Positions 26,645 through 55,872 of a DNA stretch of 64,000 bases are shown here, piece by piece. Under the pieces are notes generated by a model, which saw only the letters and a list, made by a program, of their open reading frames with translations, was not told the DNA's origin and did not search any database. The position numbers were made by a program, and so were the translations under genes. Every line of letters starts with the position of its first letter. The stretch's first letter is position 1. Source of the stretch: Dictyostelium discoideum (lineage: Eukaryota); the NCBI GenBank assembly GCA_000004695.1, contig CM000153.2, forward strand, positions 5,056,001 through 5,120,000. Reading direction: 5' to 3'.

Positions 26645-27930
26645 TTTTATATATTTTTTGCGTGAATTAAAATTTTAAAAATAAATATATTGAATAATAA
26701 AAAAAATAAATAAATAATAAAAAAATAGAAAATGTAATAAAAAAAAAAATAATAATAATAAATTAAAATTATTTATTGTATGTGTATATGTATTATTGTG
26801 TATGTAATAGGGATATTAGTTTTCTTTTTTTTTTTATTTTTTTATTTTTTATTTTTTATTATTATTTTGAAACTAGTGAAAAAAAAAAAATAGGTTTGTA
26901 TGATTTGTAAAGATAAATATTATATAATAATGATAATAACTATAGGAGAAAAAAAATTATTTTGGTTAGCTTTAATTTTTTTTTTTTTTTTTTGTGTGAA
27001 AATTCGTTAAAATTCAAAAAAAAAAAAAAAAAATAATAAAAAAAATTAAAAAAAAAAAAATAAAAATTTAAAAAAAAATAAAAAAAAAAAAAAAAAAAGA
27101 AAAAAAAATAAAAAAAAAAAAAAAAAAGAAAAAAAAAAAGTATTCAGTTGACTAGTTTTGAATTTAAATTATCTCAAAATGATATGATTCTTTGCAGATA
27201 TTTATTTTTTTTGTTTTGGTATTAATTATTTTTATTTTTTTTATTTATATTTTTTATTTTTAATTTCTTTTTTTTTTAAATTTTGAAATTCGAGTGAAAT
27301 TTAGATCAATTGATAACAAAGAGATTTTTTTTAAATTATTATTATTTTTATTATTATTATTAATATTTATTAAATTAACTATAGTAATAAAAATAATAAT
27401 TAAAATAATAATAATAAAATTAATATATATGATAATAAGGATAATGATAATAAAATAAAGTTATGTTTATAAAAAAAAAAATAACTTGAACTTTTTTTTT
27501 TTATTTTTAAAATCTAAAATAGATTAAAAAATTTTTATATATTTATTACTATTGGATCTATTTTTTCTAGTTTTTTAATTATTTATTTTAAAAAAAAAAA
27601 TGAATAAAAAAAAAAATAAATGAATATTAGAATTTAAAAGAATGGATTTGGAATTTAATTTTAATATTAGTAGCATTAGGCCGATATACTAATAATTTCA
27701 CGTTTAAATAAATTCTATTTTAAAATAATAATAAATTAAATCTTTTAAAAAAAAAAAAAAAGAAGTTAAAAGTTAAACATAACTCGTATAATAAAAATAA
27801 CGATTAATATTTTATCGGCCAAAAAAAAGATTAAAATTAAATGGTTTTCAAAATAAAGTAACAAAAATTGTTTTTTTTTTTTTTATTGAAATTTGATTTA
27901 CATATTTACAAGTGGTTTTATTTATAGTTT

Positions 27931-28629
<699 letters not shown>

Positions 28630-28965
28630 TTATTTGGAGAAATAAATAAGAAAAAAAAAGCTATAGTAAAGTATTTGTTATTTGTATTTGTATTTTGTAT
28701 TTAATGAGTTATTAAAAATGAAAATTTAAAAAAAATTTGACTTTTTATATTAAATTTAATTAAAAAAAAGAATTTAATTTTTTAACTTTTTTTTTTTTTT
28801 TTTTTTTTTTTATTTTTAATAAATTTTTATCAATTCTGTGAAATGTGTTTTTTAATTTTTTTAAGGGTTTGTTTCCTTTTTTTTTTTTTTTTTTTTTTCC
28901 CTTAAATTTTTAAAATTTTTTTTTATTTTTAGTATTTTTTTGAGAAACCTTTTTTTTTTTTTTTC

Positions 28966-29130
28966 ATTAAATTTTAATCTTGGGATTTCGGAATGTTTTG
29001 GGAAATTTTATTTTATTTATTTTTTTTTCAAAACAATTTTAAAAACATCCAAATTTGACACTTAAAATAAAAAAAAAAAATTTTAATCTTGGGATTTCTG
29101 AATATTTTGTGAAACTTTATTTATATAATA
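28966..29130. promoter_or_regulatory. Two copies of a roughly 50-bp direct repeat, each containing a heat-shock-element-like alternating TTC/GAA array. They lie 350-500 bp upstream of the polyubiquitin start codon.
   Basis: Copy 1 is ttaatcttgggatTTCggAATgtTTTggGAAattttattt at about 28966-29020. Copy 2 is ttaatcttgggatTTCtgAATatTTTgtGAAactttattt at about 29082-29130. Both show the 5-bp periodicity of nTTCnnGAAnnTTCnnGAAn. Confidence 0.4.
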
Positions 29131-29304
29131 TTATTTTTTTTTTAAAATGGTCTAATTTTATTTTTTATGGATTTAATTTATAAAAATAGAACACAAAATG
29201 ATTTTAAATTCTTAATATTCAGTTTTTTTTTTTTTTTTTTAAGATCATTCTAGATTATTCTAGATTTCTCTAGATTTTTATAGATTTCACTATTATTATT
29301 TTTA

Positions 29305-29337
<33 letters not shown>

Positions 29338-29447
29338 TCATTTTAACTATTTATTAAAAAAAAAAAAAAAAAAAATAGTTTTGAATTGATTTCTAAGATT
29401 TTTTTTATTTATTTTTTTTTTTTTTTATTTATTTTTTTTTTTTTTTT

Positions 29448-30301
29448 TTAATAAGCAGTATTTGTGAATCTACCTCTATTATAATGAATATTATAATCAA
29501 TTTTAATATTTAATTCATGAGCAACTTGATAAGTGAAATGTGGATTTCTTAAGAATGGTCTTGCTAAAAATACTAAATCAGCACGATCTTGTTGAAGAAT
29601 TTCTTCAATTTCTTTACCAGAATTAATTAAACCAACGCAAGCAACAGATAATTTAGAGGTAGCCTTTTTAACGGCATGAGCCAATGGTACTTGATAGCAT
29701 GGACCAATGGTGATTGATTGAGACATTGAATTGCCACCAGAGGAGCAATCGAATACGTCGACATCCATAGTCTCCAAAATCTTTGCAACTCTAATTGTGT
29801 CATCTAATGTCCAACCACCTTCACACCATTCCTCACATGATAAACGCACACCCAATGCTTTCTCAACTGGCCAAACTGAACGAATTGCTCTAACAATATC
29901 AAATAAGAATCTGCATCTATCCTCAAATGAACCACAACCATATTGATCAGTACGTTTATTTGAAGTTGGTGAAAGGAATTGATTAATTAAATAACCATGA
30001 GCACCATGAATTTCAATGAAATCAAATCCTGCTTTTTCGCATCTCTCTGCTGCCAATCTAAATGAATCAATCACTTCCTTAATATCATCCAATGTCATCT
30101 CAATTGGTACTGACATATTCTCATTAAATGCAATTGGTGATGGTCCATAAGTTTTCCAACCTTTACCATCTTCACTTTCTGGAATTGAAAATCTAGCATT
30201 ATCCAAAAATGGTGGATTTGATGATGCTTTTCTACCTGCATGTGCTAATTGAATACCAGCATACTAATAAATCATTAATATATATATTAATAAATGATTA
30301 A

Positions 30302-30344
<43 letters not shown>

Positions 30345-30613
30345 TATTATAATGTATATAATACATACTGAATTATATAAATGAATATTATCAGTAATTC
30401 TTTTCATTGGTGCAATATGTTCATCTTTGTAAACACCTGCATCTGCATATGAAATTCTACCATTTGCTAATGTTGCAGCAGCTTCAAATACTATTAATGA
30501 AGCACCACCTCTAGCATAACTGGTATAATGACCAAGATGGAAATCATTCATAAAACCATCTTCTGAGCTATACATACCTAGGTAAAAATTAAAAAATAAA
30601 AAATATTAATAAA

Positions 30614-30712
<99 letters not shown>

Positions 30713-30911
30713 TTAATTAATAAAATTACTTACACATTGGAGAAACAACAGTTCTATTTTTTAATGTCATATTTTTAATAGTAATTGATGTAAATGTTTT
30801 TGGTACTTCGACATTTGATGATGAATCTGGTGTTGTTGTAACTGATGGAAAACCTGGACCTTTATAGGTTGATGGAAGGGTATAGAGATCATTTGGTTTA
30901 TATTCTTGCAT
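29448..30911 (-). CDS. NADH:flavin oxidoreductase of the Old Yellow Enzyme family, YqjM/NamA-like class. Exons on the minus strand are 30734..30911, 30369..30577 and 29448..30263.
   Basis: Exon 1 reads ...TIKNMTLKNRTVVSPMC and ends at a GTAAGT donor. Exon 2 reads (C)MYSSEDGFMNDFHLGHYTSYARGGASLIVFEAAATLANGRIS...IHLYNS and ends at a GTATGT donor. Exon 3 reads YAGIQLAHAGRKASS...[26 protein letters not shown].... The splice phases close and give 400 codons. Both introns are built on (AAT)n. Confidence 0.8.
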
Positions 30912-31832
30912 TTTTTTTTATCAATATTTATTTCAATATTTTATATATTTCTTTTTTTATTTTTAGAAATGTTGTTTTTAAAAAATAAAAATAAAAAAAA
31001 AAAAAAAACTTTATTTTATATTCAATAAAAAAAAAAAAATATGAGTGTTAACGAACTTTTTTTTTTTTTTACTTCTTTTTTGTTTAAACCATTCTCTGTT
31101 TTCTTTTTTTTTTTTTTTTTTTTTTTTTCAATTCTCGATACAATTTAAATTACTCTCAAAAAATTTGATTTTTGAGTCAATCATTTATTCCAAAGGCATT
31201 TATGTAAATTTCGGTGTGATCGTCTTCGAAGAATAAAATTATTAAAAAAAAAAAAAAAATCTTTTCCGGGCTGATTTTTTTTTTTTACAAAATGACAAAA
31301 ATTCTAAAACTAAAATTTAAAAAGAACACTCAAAGGAAACCTAAAATTTCAAATACAATTCTTTTTTTTTTTTTTTTTATTTTTTTTTTTTTTTTTTTAT
31401 TATTTGTTTATTGTTATTTTTATTGTTGTTTTTTTTTTTTATTTTTTTTTATTTTTTTTTTTTATTTTTTCTTTGATATTTTACAAATACATTTTTTTAA
31501 ATCCAAAAAATAAAAATTATTAATAGAAATGTATTTGTAAAGGGGTGGTATTTGGAAAAAATCCAATATAAATTTAAGTTTTAGTTTTTTTTTTTTTTTT
31601 TTTTTGAAAAGGCAATGAAATAATTTTATTTTAATGCCAAAAGCAGTATATTTTGGGCAATTTCCATACAACATCAATTTTTTTTTTATTTTTATTATTA
31701 TAATAAATCTATTTCATTGATGTTCAAACCAATTTTTTATTGGCTTTTTTCCTTTTTTATTTTTTTTTCAATTTTAAACCCATTTCAATATTTTCAATAA
31801 AATTCTGCAATTACCCCCCCATTTAATTACAA

Positions 31833-31878
<46 letters not shown>

Positions 31879-32131
31879 CACAAAAAAAAAAAAGCACAAA
31901 AAAAAAAAAGAAAATTGAAATAAATTATTATTTAATATTTAATTCTATCAAATGTTTGTTTTAATTAAAACTATATTAAAAAAAAAAAATGGCTTGTAAA
32001 AATTTTTCATTAGGTAAATAATTAAAATTTATTTTTATTTCATATAATATAAATGAAGGTTTTTTTTTTTTTAAAACTAATTAATTATAAACTATATAGA
32101 AAGAGATGCTTTAAATTTGTGTGAAGGTGCT

Positions 32132-33064
32132 ATGAAGGGTAAACCAATTCAAGAACTTAAACCAGAAGAAGCTAGAAATAACTTTGTAAAGATTCAATCT
32201 GGTGATGTTTACAAGTATCCATGTAATATTGAAGATATTAAAATGGATTTGGGTGGTGAATTAGGATCGGTTAATGTCAGAGTATTGACACCACCAAATG
32301 CCAAAGAATCCAAAAACAAATTGCCAGCAATTCATTACTCTCATGGTGGTGGTTGGGTCATGGGTGATCATGTAACTCATGATAAACTAATCCGTGAAAT
32401 TTGTTACCGTACCAATTCTTTGGTGATCTTCACTGAATATAGTAGACCACCAGAAGTCAAATATCCAATCCAAAACGAACAATGCTATGCAGTGATTTTG
32501 AAATTCATAAAGGATGCTGCTAAATGGAATATCGATCTCAACAATTTCTCATTGGTTGGCGATAGTGCCGGTGGTAATATGGCTATTGTGTTGGGGTTGA
32601 TGGCAAAAGTTAGAAATGGACCTTCGTTCAAGAGAATTTGTCTCTACTATCCAGCCATTGATAGCGGTATGAATTCAGGTTCCTATAAAGAATTCCATAA
32701 TGATTTCTATCTTACTAAAGATGGTATGAAATGGTTCTGGGATGCATACACCAACAGTCCAAAAGACACCAATGAAATCTACTGCTCTCCTTCCAAATGC
32801 AAAGAATCTGATGTCATGGGTTTCCCAGAAACAATGATCATCAATGGTGAAGCTGATGTCCTCCGTGATGAAGGTGAAAATTTCGCTAGACTATTACGTA
32901 AAGCAAATGTTCCAGTAACTCACCTAAGAATTCAAGCAATGGTTCATGATTTCGTTGCTCTAAACTGTCTTGATCAATCAAAAGCATGTAGAGTTGCAAT
33001 GGATTCCTCAATTGATTTCTTAAATAAATCTCATGATCCAAATGCAACTAAACCAAAATGTTGA
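32132..33064 (+). CDS. Alpha/beta-hydrolase fold-3 esterase/lipase of the HSL / arylacetamide-deacetylase family.
   Basis: The oxyanion-hole motif HGGGW is present. The nucleophile elbow is GDSAGG. The catalytic Asp and His region is GEADVLRDEG...HDF. The ORF-track start at 32117 is TTG and the first ATG is at 32132. Confidence 0.75.
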   Translation: MKGKPIQELKPEEARNNFVKIQSGDVYKYPCNIEDIKMDLGGELGSVNVRVLTPPNAKESKNKLPAIHYSHGGGWVMGDHVTHDKLIREICYRTNSLVIFTEYSRPPEVKYPIQNEQCYAVILKFIKDAAKWNIDLNNFSLVGDSAGGNMAIVLGLMAKVRNGPSFKRICLYYPAIDSGMNSGSYKEFHNDFYLTKDGMKWFWDAYTNSPKDTNEIYCSPSKCKESDVMGFPETMIINGEADVLRDEGENFARLLRKANVPVTHLRIQAMVHDFVALNCLDQSKACRVAMDSSIDFLNKSHDPNATKPKC

Positions 33065-33068
33065 AAAT

Positions 33069-33107
<39 letters not shown>

Positions 33108-33110
33108 TAT
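33069..33110. repeat. (CAAT)n tetranucleotide microsatellite of about 10 units, directly 3' of the esterase stop codon.
   Basis: caatcaatcaatcaat... Confidence 0.9.
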
Positions 33111-33205
33111 AAAATAAAACACATTTACATTTTCAACAAAATTAATTAACAACAAAGTTTGTTTTTTTTTTTTTTTTTTTAAATTATTTGTACATATAAA
33201 ATAGT

Positions 33206-33448
33206 TTATTTTAAAAAGTTTGAAGATTTTTCAAATAAAACTGAAATTGTCGAACCATCTTTAATACCACAACTTTTTAATGTTGAAGTGTCCTTTAAAA
33301 CTTTGCCGTCGAAAATTAATTTTTGCTCTTGTGGGTTAATACCTTCCATAATTCTTATTGAATTTTTAATTAATTCTATTTTATCAGTTTCGTCAAAATT
33401 TAATTCTGTTCTTTTACCTGTTGAGTGAAATTGGAGATTGATATTCAT
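33206..33448 (-). CDS. Stand-alone 80-aa ubiquitin-like (beta-grasp) protein with no C-terminal Gly-Gly.
   Basis: MNINLQFHSTGKRTELNFDETDKIELIKNSIRIMEGINPQEQKLIFDGKVLKDTSTLKSCGIKDGSTISVLFEKSSNFLK. It carries the ubiquitin-family core QxLIFxGK.L.D..TL...GI.....I. Confidence 0.55.
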   Translation of the reverse strand: MNINLQFHSTGKRTELNFDETDKIELIKNSIRIMEGINPQEQKLIFDGKVLKDTSTLKSCGIKDGSTISVLFEKSSNFLK

Positions 33449-33622
33449 TGTTTTTTGTTTTTTGTTTATTGAAATGTTTTTTGTTTTTTGTTTGATGTAT
33501 AATGAAGTTTTTTTTTTTTTTTTTTTTTATTTATTTAATTTTTTTTTTTTTTTTTTTTTTTTTCATTTCAATGATCTTTTGGATATTTTCGAAAATTATC
33601 ATAACATTTTGAAAAAGTGAGA

Positions 33623-33653
<31 letters not shown>

Positions 33654-33983
33654 TTGCTACTTGTTTTTTTAACAATTCATTCTGCGCAGGGTGTAAAAAC
33701 AAATTGAAAAATAAAAATTCAAAATATCTAAAATAAAATGATATCTCAAATAATTAATGAATAAAAAAAAAAAAAAAAAAAAAAAATTAAATGGACTGGA
33801 ATTCTTGTAAAATTTAAAAATATTATATAATCAAGTAAAAATAAAGTTAGATATACACTTTTAATTGAAATTCTAAAAATAAAATTGTGAATGAATATTG
33901 TTATTTTTTTTTTCTTAATTATTTTTCATATTTTTATTTATTTTTAACTTTATTATGAGAAAAAACTAAGAAAATTTTCTTGT

Positions 33984-34022
<39 letters not shown>

Positions 34023-34122
34023 GTTTTTAATTTTTTTTTTTCTTTTTTTTTTTTTTTTTCAAATAGTGGTTTGTTAATAATTATAAAATAAAATAAAATA
34101 AAATAAAAACTAAAATATAAAA

Positions 34123-34773
34123 ATGTCATTTCAAAGTTTAAATCCAGTTAATAAATCAAAATCATTAGTTGCATTATCAAAATCATTATCATATGTTTTA
34201 CGTCATGGCGCAGAAAAAGAAGGTTTAAAAATTGATTCACAAGGATTTATAAAAGTCGATGATATATTAAAAAATAATTTATTTAAAAATACAAATTTTA
34301 AAGAGATACAAGAGGTGGTTGATACAAATGATAAGAAAAGGTATCATATGGAATTGAATGATTCGGATGGGTGTTATTATATTAGAGCAAATCAAGGTCA
34401 CACATTAGAAAATGTTGATAATGTTGAAATGACTAAAATCACATCTGCAGATCAAGTGGGTACTGTGTTTCATGGTACTTATAGAAAACATTTACAGTCT
34501 ATACTAAATGAGGGTTTGAAAAAGATGGATAGAAATCATATTCATTGTGTCAATAAAATCATGGGTCAAGAAATTACATCAGGTATGAGAGGTTCCTGTA
34601 ATATGATTGTCTATATCGATGTGCCTCTATTACTTCAAGACGGTATAGATTTATATTTATCTCAAAATAATGTTGCATTAACTGATGGTTTAAATAATAC
34701 TGGAATATTACCACCAAAATATTTTATAAAAATAACTGATGCAAAAAATGATGTTACCATTTGGCAACGTTAG
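34123..34773 (+). CDS. tpt1: tRNA 2'-phosphotransferase (Tpt1/KptA family).
   Basis: The ORF reads LSKSLSYVLRHGAEKEGLKIDSQGFIKVDDIL...RYHMELNDSDGCYYIRANQGHTLENV...VFHGTYRKHLQSILNEGLKKMDRNHIH. The conserved R-H-R-HGT catalytic tetrad is in place and the length, 216 aa, is typical. Confidence 0.85.
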   Translation: MSFQSLNPVNKSKSLVALSKSLSYVLRHGAEKEGLKIDSQGFIKVDDILKNNLFKNTNFKEIQEVVDTNDKKRYHMELNDSDGCYYIRANQGHTLENVDNVEMTKITSADQVGTVFHGTYRKHLQSILNEGLKKMDRNHIHCVNKIMGQEITSGMRGSCNMIVYIDVPLLLQDGIDLYLSQNNVALTDGLNNTGILPPKYFIKITDAKNDVTIWQR

Positions 34774-34890
34774 AATAATAAAAAATAATAATAAAAAATA
34801 ATGATAAAAAATTTTTATCTTTGGAATAAAATCTAAAATTTTAGATTTTTTTTTAGATATGCGTGTGAAAAAAAAAAAGATTTTTATTTT

Positions 34891-34930
<40 letters not shown>

Positions 34931-35220
34931 ATCTTTGTTTTGAGCAATTATTTTTTTTTTATTTTTTTTATTTTTTTTCATTTTTTTTTTGCACCGTTTT
35001 TTTAATTTTTCTTTTTTTTATTTTTTATTTTTTATTTTTTTTTCAAATAATTATAAGAAATCCAAATTTTTCGAATACCCATTTTGGTTTGGGTCCACAA
35101 AAAAAAAAATAGAAAAATAAAAAAAAAAAAAAAAAAAATAATGAAATACAAATAATTGAAACTTTATTTTTTTATTTATTTTTTTATTTATTTTTTTTTA
35201 TTTTTTATTTTTGTACACAT

Positions 35221-35262
35221 TTAAACACCCACACACACATTTTCACCCTCCCCCCCACATTA
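35221..35262 (+). promoter_or_regulatory. C-rich/CA-repeat (CAE-like) element about 260 bp upstream of the large HECT-gene ATG.
   Basis: acacccacacacacattttcaccctcccccccacattac is the only GC-rich element in this intergenic stretch. Confidence 0.25.
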
Positions 35263-35336
35263 CAAAATATTGAAGCATATTCAATATAATTATTAGAAAA
35301 AAAAAATACAATCATTCAATTAATTTAATAAAATTC

Positions 35337-35369
<33 letters not shown>

Positions 35370-35394
35370 TCGTTTCTAAATTATTATATCATAT

Positions 35395-35404
35395 ATTTTT
35401 AATT

Positions 35405-35435
<31 letters not shown>

Positions 35436-35462
35436 TTATTTATTTATTTATTTATTTATTAG
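35395..35462. repeat. (TTTA)n microsatellite.
   Basis: atttatttatttattt... Confidence 0.9.
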
Positions 35463-35514
35463 TAAATAGTAATTATTGCTATTTTTGTATTATCATAAAA
35501 AAAAAAAAAAAAAA

Positions 35515-51567
<16,053 letters not shown>

Positions 51568-51748
51568 AGTTTGGGTAATAAAATAAAAAAATTAAAAAAA
51601 TTAAAAAAAAAATAAAAAAAAAAAAAAATCTTGCTTTTGAAAGATATTTCCGTTAAACCCAAAAAAAAAAAAAAAAAAAAAAAAAAAAACAAGTACTTTT
51701 TTTTTTGTTTTTTCACCAGTAAAAGCAATATAAAAAAAAAAAAAAAAG

Positions 51749-52879
51749 ATGAGATTATTTTATCTTATTTTTTTTTTAATTGTTTCTACAATTATTAATG
51801 GTTGTAATTCTCAAATTCAAAAAAATGATTGTATTTATTTTTAGTTAAACTATTTTTTTTTTTTTTTTAATGACTTTTATTTTTTGTTACTAACATTTTT
51901 TTTTTTTTTTTTTATTTAAAAAAAAGATAATTGTTTAAATAAATTGATTGTTAAAATTGCAAATCTTTCATTATATAAATTAAATAGTACATCTAAACAA
52001 TATGATTATTGTGGAACAAAAAATAATAACGTAATAAATTGTAATTCAAATGGAAGAATAACAGATATTCAACTAACTCATTTTGTAAACAAAGCAACTA
52101 ATTTAATTTCAGCAAATGATTATTATTGTTTTCCTTTTTTAAAATCAATGTAAGTAAATTTTAAAATTTATTTTTTAAAATTATTACTCTTTTAAATATT
52201 AGTATTTTTTTTTTACTGTTTATTTAGAGGTGTAGATAGTTTTAGAATTGAGAAAAATTTTATATATGGTCCTTTTCCTGATACTTTATATAAAAGAATT
52301 TTTTTATTAAATGGGGATTTATTATCAGTATTTGATGTTGACACTGAAATTGGATTTAATAATACTATTAAAAGAACAGAAATTGATACTTTTAGACTTG
52401 TTGGTGGTGTTGCTACATCATTAAACACTACAGTTTATATGTCAACAATTTCACATTTTAAAAATATTGAATTTATATATGGTACTGCAGTAATTACAAA
52501 TAAAACCAACTTTATATTTGAAAATGATTTAAATGAAAATAAAAAATCATCATTTAAAAAAATTACTTCCTATTGCTCAAATATACCACCATTAAGTTAT
52601 AATAATGGAACTATTAATTTCGTGTACGTATAAACTAATTTAACATATTTATTTAAATATATTTTTAGTTTTAATTAATATTTTTTTTTTTTATTTTTAT
52701 TTAAGTGAACTCACATTTTTACCAAGTTTCGATAAAGAATCAGTTTCAAATTTTTCAAGTTATTCAAATGTTTTGGATATTTATTTAAATTCATGGGACC
52801 CGAATCAAGTTTTCCCATTTCCACTAGGTCTTGGTAATATTCCACCAAATAATAAATTAATTTATATGTAGGTTTTTAG

Positions 52880-52916
<37 letters not shown>

Positions 52917-53049
52917 ATCTAAATCAATTAAATTTTTTTTTTTTAGATACATTAACTATTTAATTGATAGCCCACCTCATTTAATTGACCTATCAAACTT
53001 AGACTCAAACGATAAAACCGATTTATATTCTTATAATACATTGTATGTA

Positions 53050-53082
<33 letters not shown>

Positions 53083-54311
53083 TAACTATTTATAATTTTG
53101 GAAATTAGAACATTGAATAATCCAGGTAATCTTTTCAATTTTAATGGTAAATTCCCATTCTCTTCTCTTCATAAAAATTTAGTGATTTTGTAAATATTTA
53201 TAGATTAATTATTATTGTTTTTTTAAATTTTTTTTTTTTTTTTTTATTAACATTTATAAATTAATTATATTATTTTAGTGATTTTAATGATGGTAATTTT
53301 TCAGAATTACCAAAATTAGAAGATGTTTTTAAAGAGGAAATAGCTGTAATTAATTTGAATAATAATAGTATTGGAGGAAATATTCAAACCACATTGGATT
53401 TTAATAAACTTCCAAAGTTAGCAACACTTAATTTAAGAAATAATAGATTAACAGGATCAATTGACGAAAGTTGGTGTAGAATTAATTTTGATATTAGTTA
53501 TAATCTTATTGGTGGTGAAGCTCCTAGTTGTATGGTTTGTCATTTTCAACAAAATGATTTATCTATTCGTGGAATAAATTTTACTAATTGGAATCCAAAA
53601 CCACCATGCACTTCAATTATTCCAAATTTAATGTACGATAATTCAACAAAACTATTATTAATATATGGTCAAGATATTGGCGTTGCAAGAACAAATTTTA
53701 AAATAGAAAACTCATATAACTATTCACCATATTGCAGTATGCCTGGTTATCCAGATATTAGAAATAGACAATTTTGTTTTAAATACATTGACACTGATGA
53801 ACCAAATCCATTTTCATTTAATATTACATACCCAAAATTACCACCAGGTTCAAGAAAAACATTTGAATTGGCTGCTTATAATATGTTTTTACCATTGGTT
53901 AATAAGGTTACAATGAACTCCAAAGAATCATTAACAATTGCTGGTAGATATTTCGCATACAACAAAACAGTAATTAATGTTCAAGTTGATGGCAAAATCT
54001 GTAATATTGAATCATGTGATTTTAATGAAATTAAATGTAAATTTTCAAATGATAATAACAATAATATTAATGGTTTAAATGTATTTGTACAAATTATGAA
54101 TGTTTCATCCCAATTTTGTATTTCCAAATGTAATGCAGCTGATAATTATGAATGTGAATTTAAATTTGAAAGATGTAATTGTAGTGAAGGATGGGAAGGT
54201 GGTGACTGTAGTATTAAAATTGAGAACAAATTATCAAATTCAAATAGAAACAATATTTTAAATACTACTATAATATTTATAGTTTTAATTTTAATACTAT
54301 CATCATTTTAA
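51749..54311 (+). CDS. Secreted or membrane-anchored protein with plant-type leucine-rich repeats and a C-terminal EGF-like module. This is copy A of a tandem pair. Seven exons: 51749..51830, 51927..52149, 52228..52623, 52706..52867, 52947..53042, 53109..53189 and 53279..54311.
   Basis: Exon 1 is a signal peptide (MRLFYLIFFLIVSTIINGCNS). The LRR motifs include LRNNRLTGSIDESWC and DISYNLIGGEAPSC. The EGF-like module is CEFKFERCNCSEGWEGGDC. The C-terminus is hydrophobic (IIFIVLILILSSF). All donors are GTAAGT, GTACGT, GTAGGT, GTATGT or GTAAAT. The phases close across all six introns. Confidence 0.65.
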
Positions 54312-54467
54312 TTTAAAAAAAAAAATAAAAAATGTGGTTTTAAGACAAAATTCTTAAAATATATTTATTTATTATAAAAAAAACATTGTTTTTTTTATAA
54401 TAAAATTTTTTTTTTTCAAACGATAAAACTATGAAAAAAAAATAAAAAATAAAAATAGTTTTTTTTT

Positions 54468-54500
<33 letters not shown>

Positions 54501-54524
54501 CCAAACGAAAAATTAGTAAAGATA

Positions 54525-55688
54525 ATGGGAAGATATTTCGTTTTTTTATTAGTTTTTATTTTGTTTTTTAATGGTTTTAATTCGCAAATTCATAAAGATG
54601 ATTGTATTTATATTTTTATTTTTAACCTTCAATAACTTTTATACATATACACACAACTAACATTTTAATTTTTTTTTTTTTTTTGTTTTTTTTTATTTTT
54701 TTTAAAAAAAAAAAAGATAGTTGTTTGAATAAATTAGCAGTAAAAATTTTAAATCTATCATTATATAGTTTGAATAGTACAACTAAACAATATAATTTTT
54801 GTAGTAAAGTAAATAAAAATGAAATAAATTGTAATTCAGATGGGAGAATAACAGGAATTCAAGTAGTTCATTTCAAAAAAATAAATTTACTTTCGCCAAA
54901 TGATTTTATTTGTTTTCCTTTTTTAAAATCAATGTAAGGCAATTTTAAAAAAGATATATTTATTTAAAAATATTAATTTTTTTTTTATTAATTAATTTGT
55001 TTTATTATTAATTTATTTAGAGGTGTAGAAAGTTTTGTAATTTCAAAAAATTTTTTATATGGTCCTTTTCCTGATTCTCTCGATGAAAGAGTTTTTTTAT
55101 TAAATGGGGATTTATTATCAATATTTGATGTTGACACTGAAATTGGATTTAATAATACTATTAAAAGAACAGAAATTGATATTTTAAGAGTTAATGGTGG
55201 TGTAGCTACATCATTGAACACTACAGTTTATATGTCAACAATTTCACATTTTAAAAATATTGAATTTATATATGGCACTGCAGCAATTACAAATAAAACC
55301 AACTTTATAATTGAAAATGATTTAAATGAAAATAAAAAATCATCATTCAAAGATTTCACTTCCTATTGTTCAAATATACCACCATTAAGTTATAATAACG
55401 GTACAATTGATTTTGTGTATGTATAAAGCTATTATATAATTTAACATTATATTTATTAAAATATATTTTTAATTTTAATTAATATTTTTTTTTTTTTTTC
55501 CCCCAAGTGAACTCACATTTTTACCAAGTTTCGATAAAGAATCAGTTTCAAATTTTTCAAGTTATTCAAATGTTTTGGATATTTATTTATACTCATGGGA
55601 CCCGAATCAAGTTTTCCCATTTCCATTAGGTCTTAGTAATATTCCACCAGGAAATAAATTAATTTATTTGTAGGTTTTTTGTTTTATT

Positions 55689-55719
<31 letters not shown>

Positions 55720-55840
55720 CTAACCCAAAACAAAACTTTTTTAGATACACAAGCTATTTAATCGATAGCCCACCTCATTTAATTGACCTATCAAACTTGG
55801 ACTCAGATGCTAAGATTCCATATAATTTTAATACATTGTA

Positions 55841-55872
<32 letters not shown>

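Noticed and set aside
52213-55221. Minus-strand ORFs 52213..52428 and 54988..55221.
   Set aside because: They are exactly antisense to exon 3 of LRR/EGF copies A and B, whose sense strand is strongly supported by splice phases and conservation.
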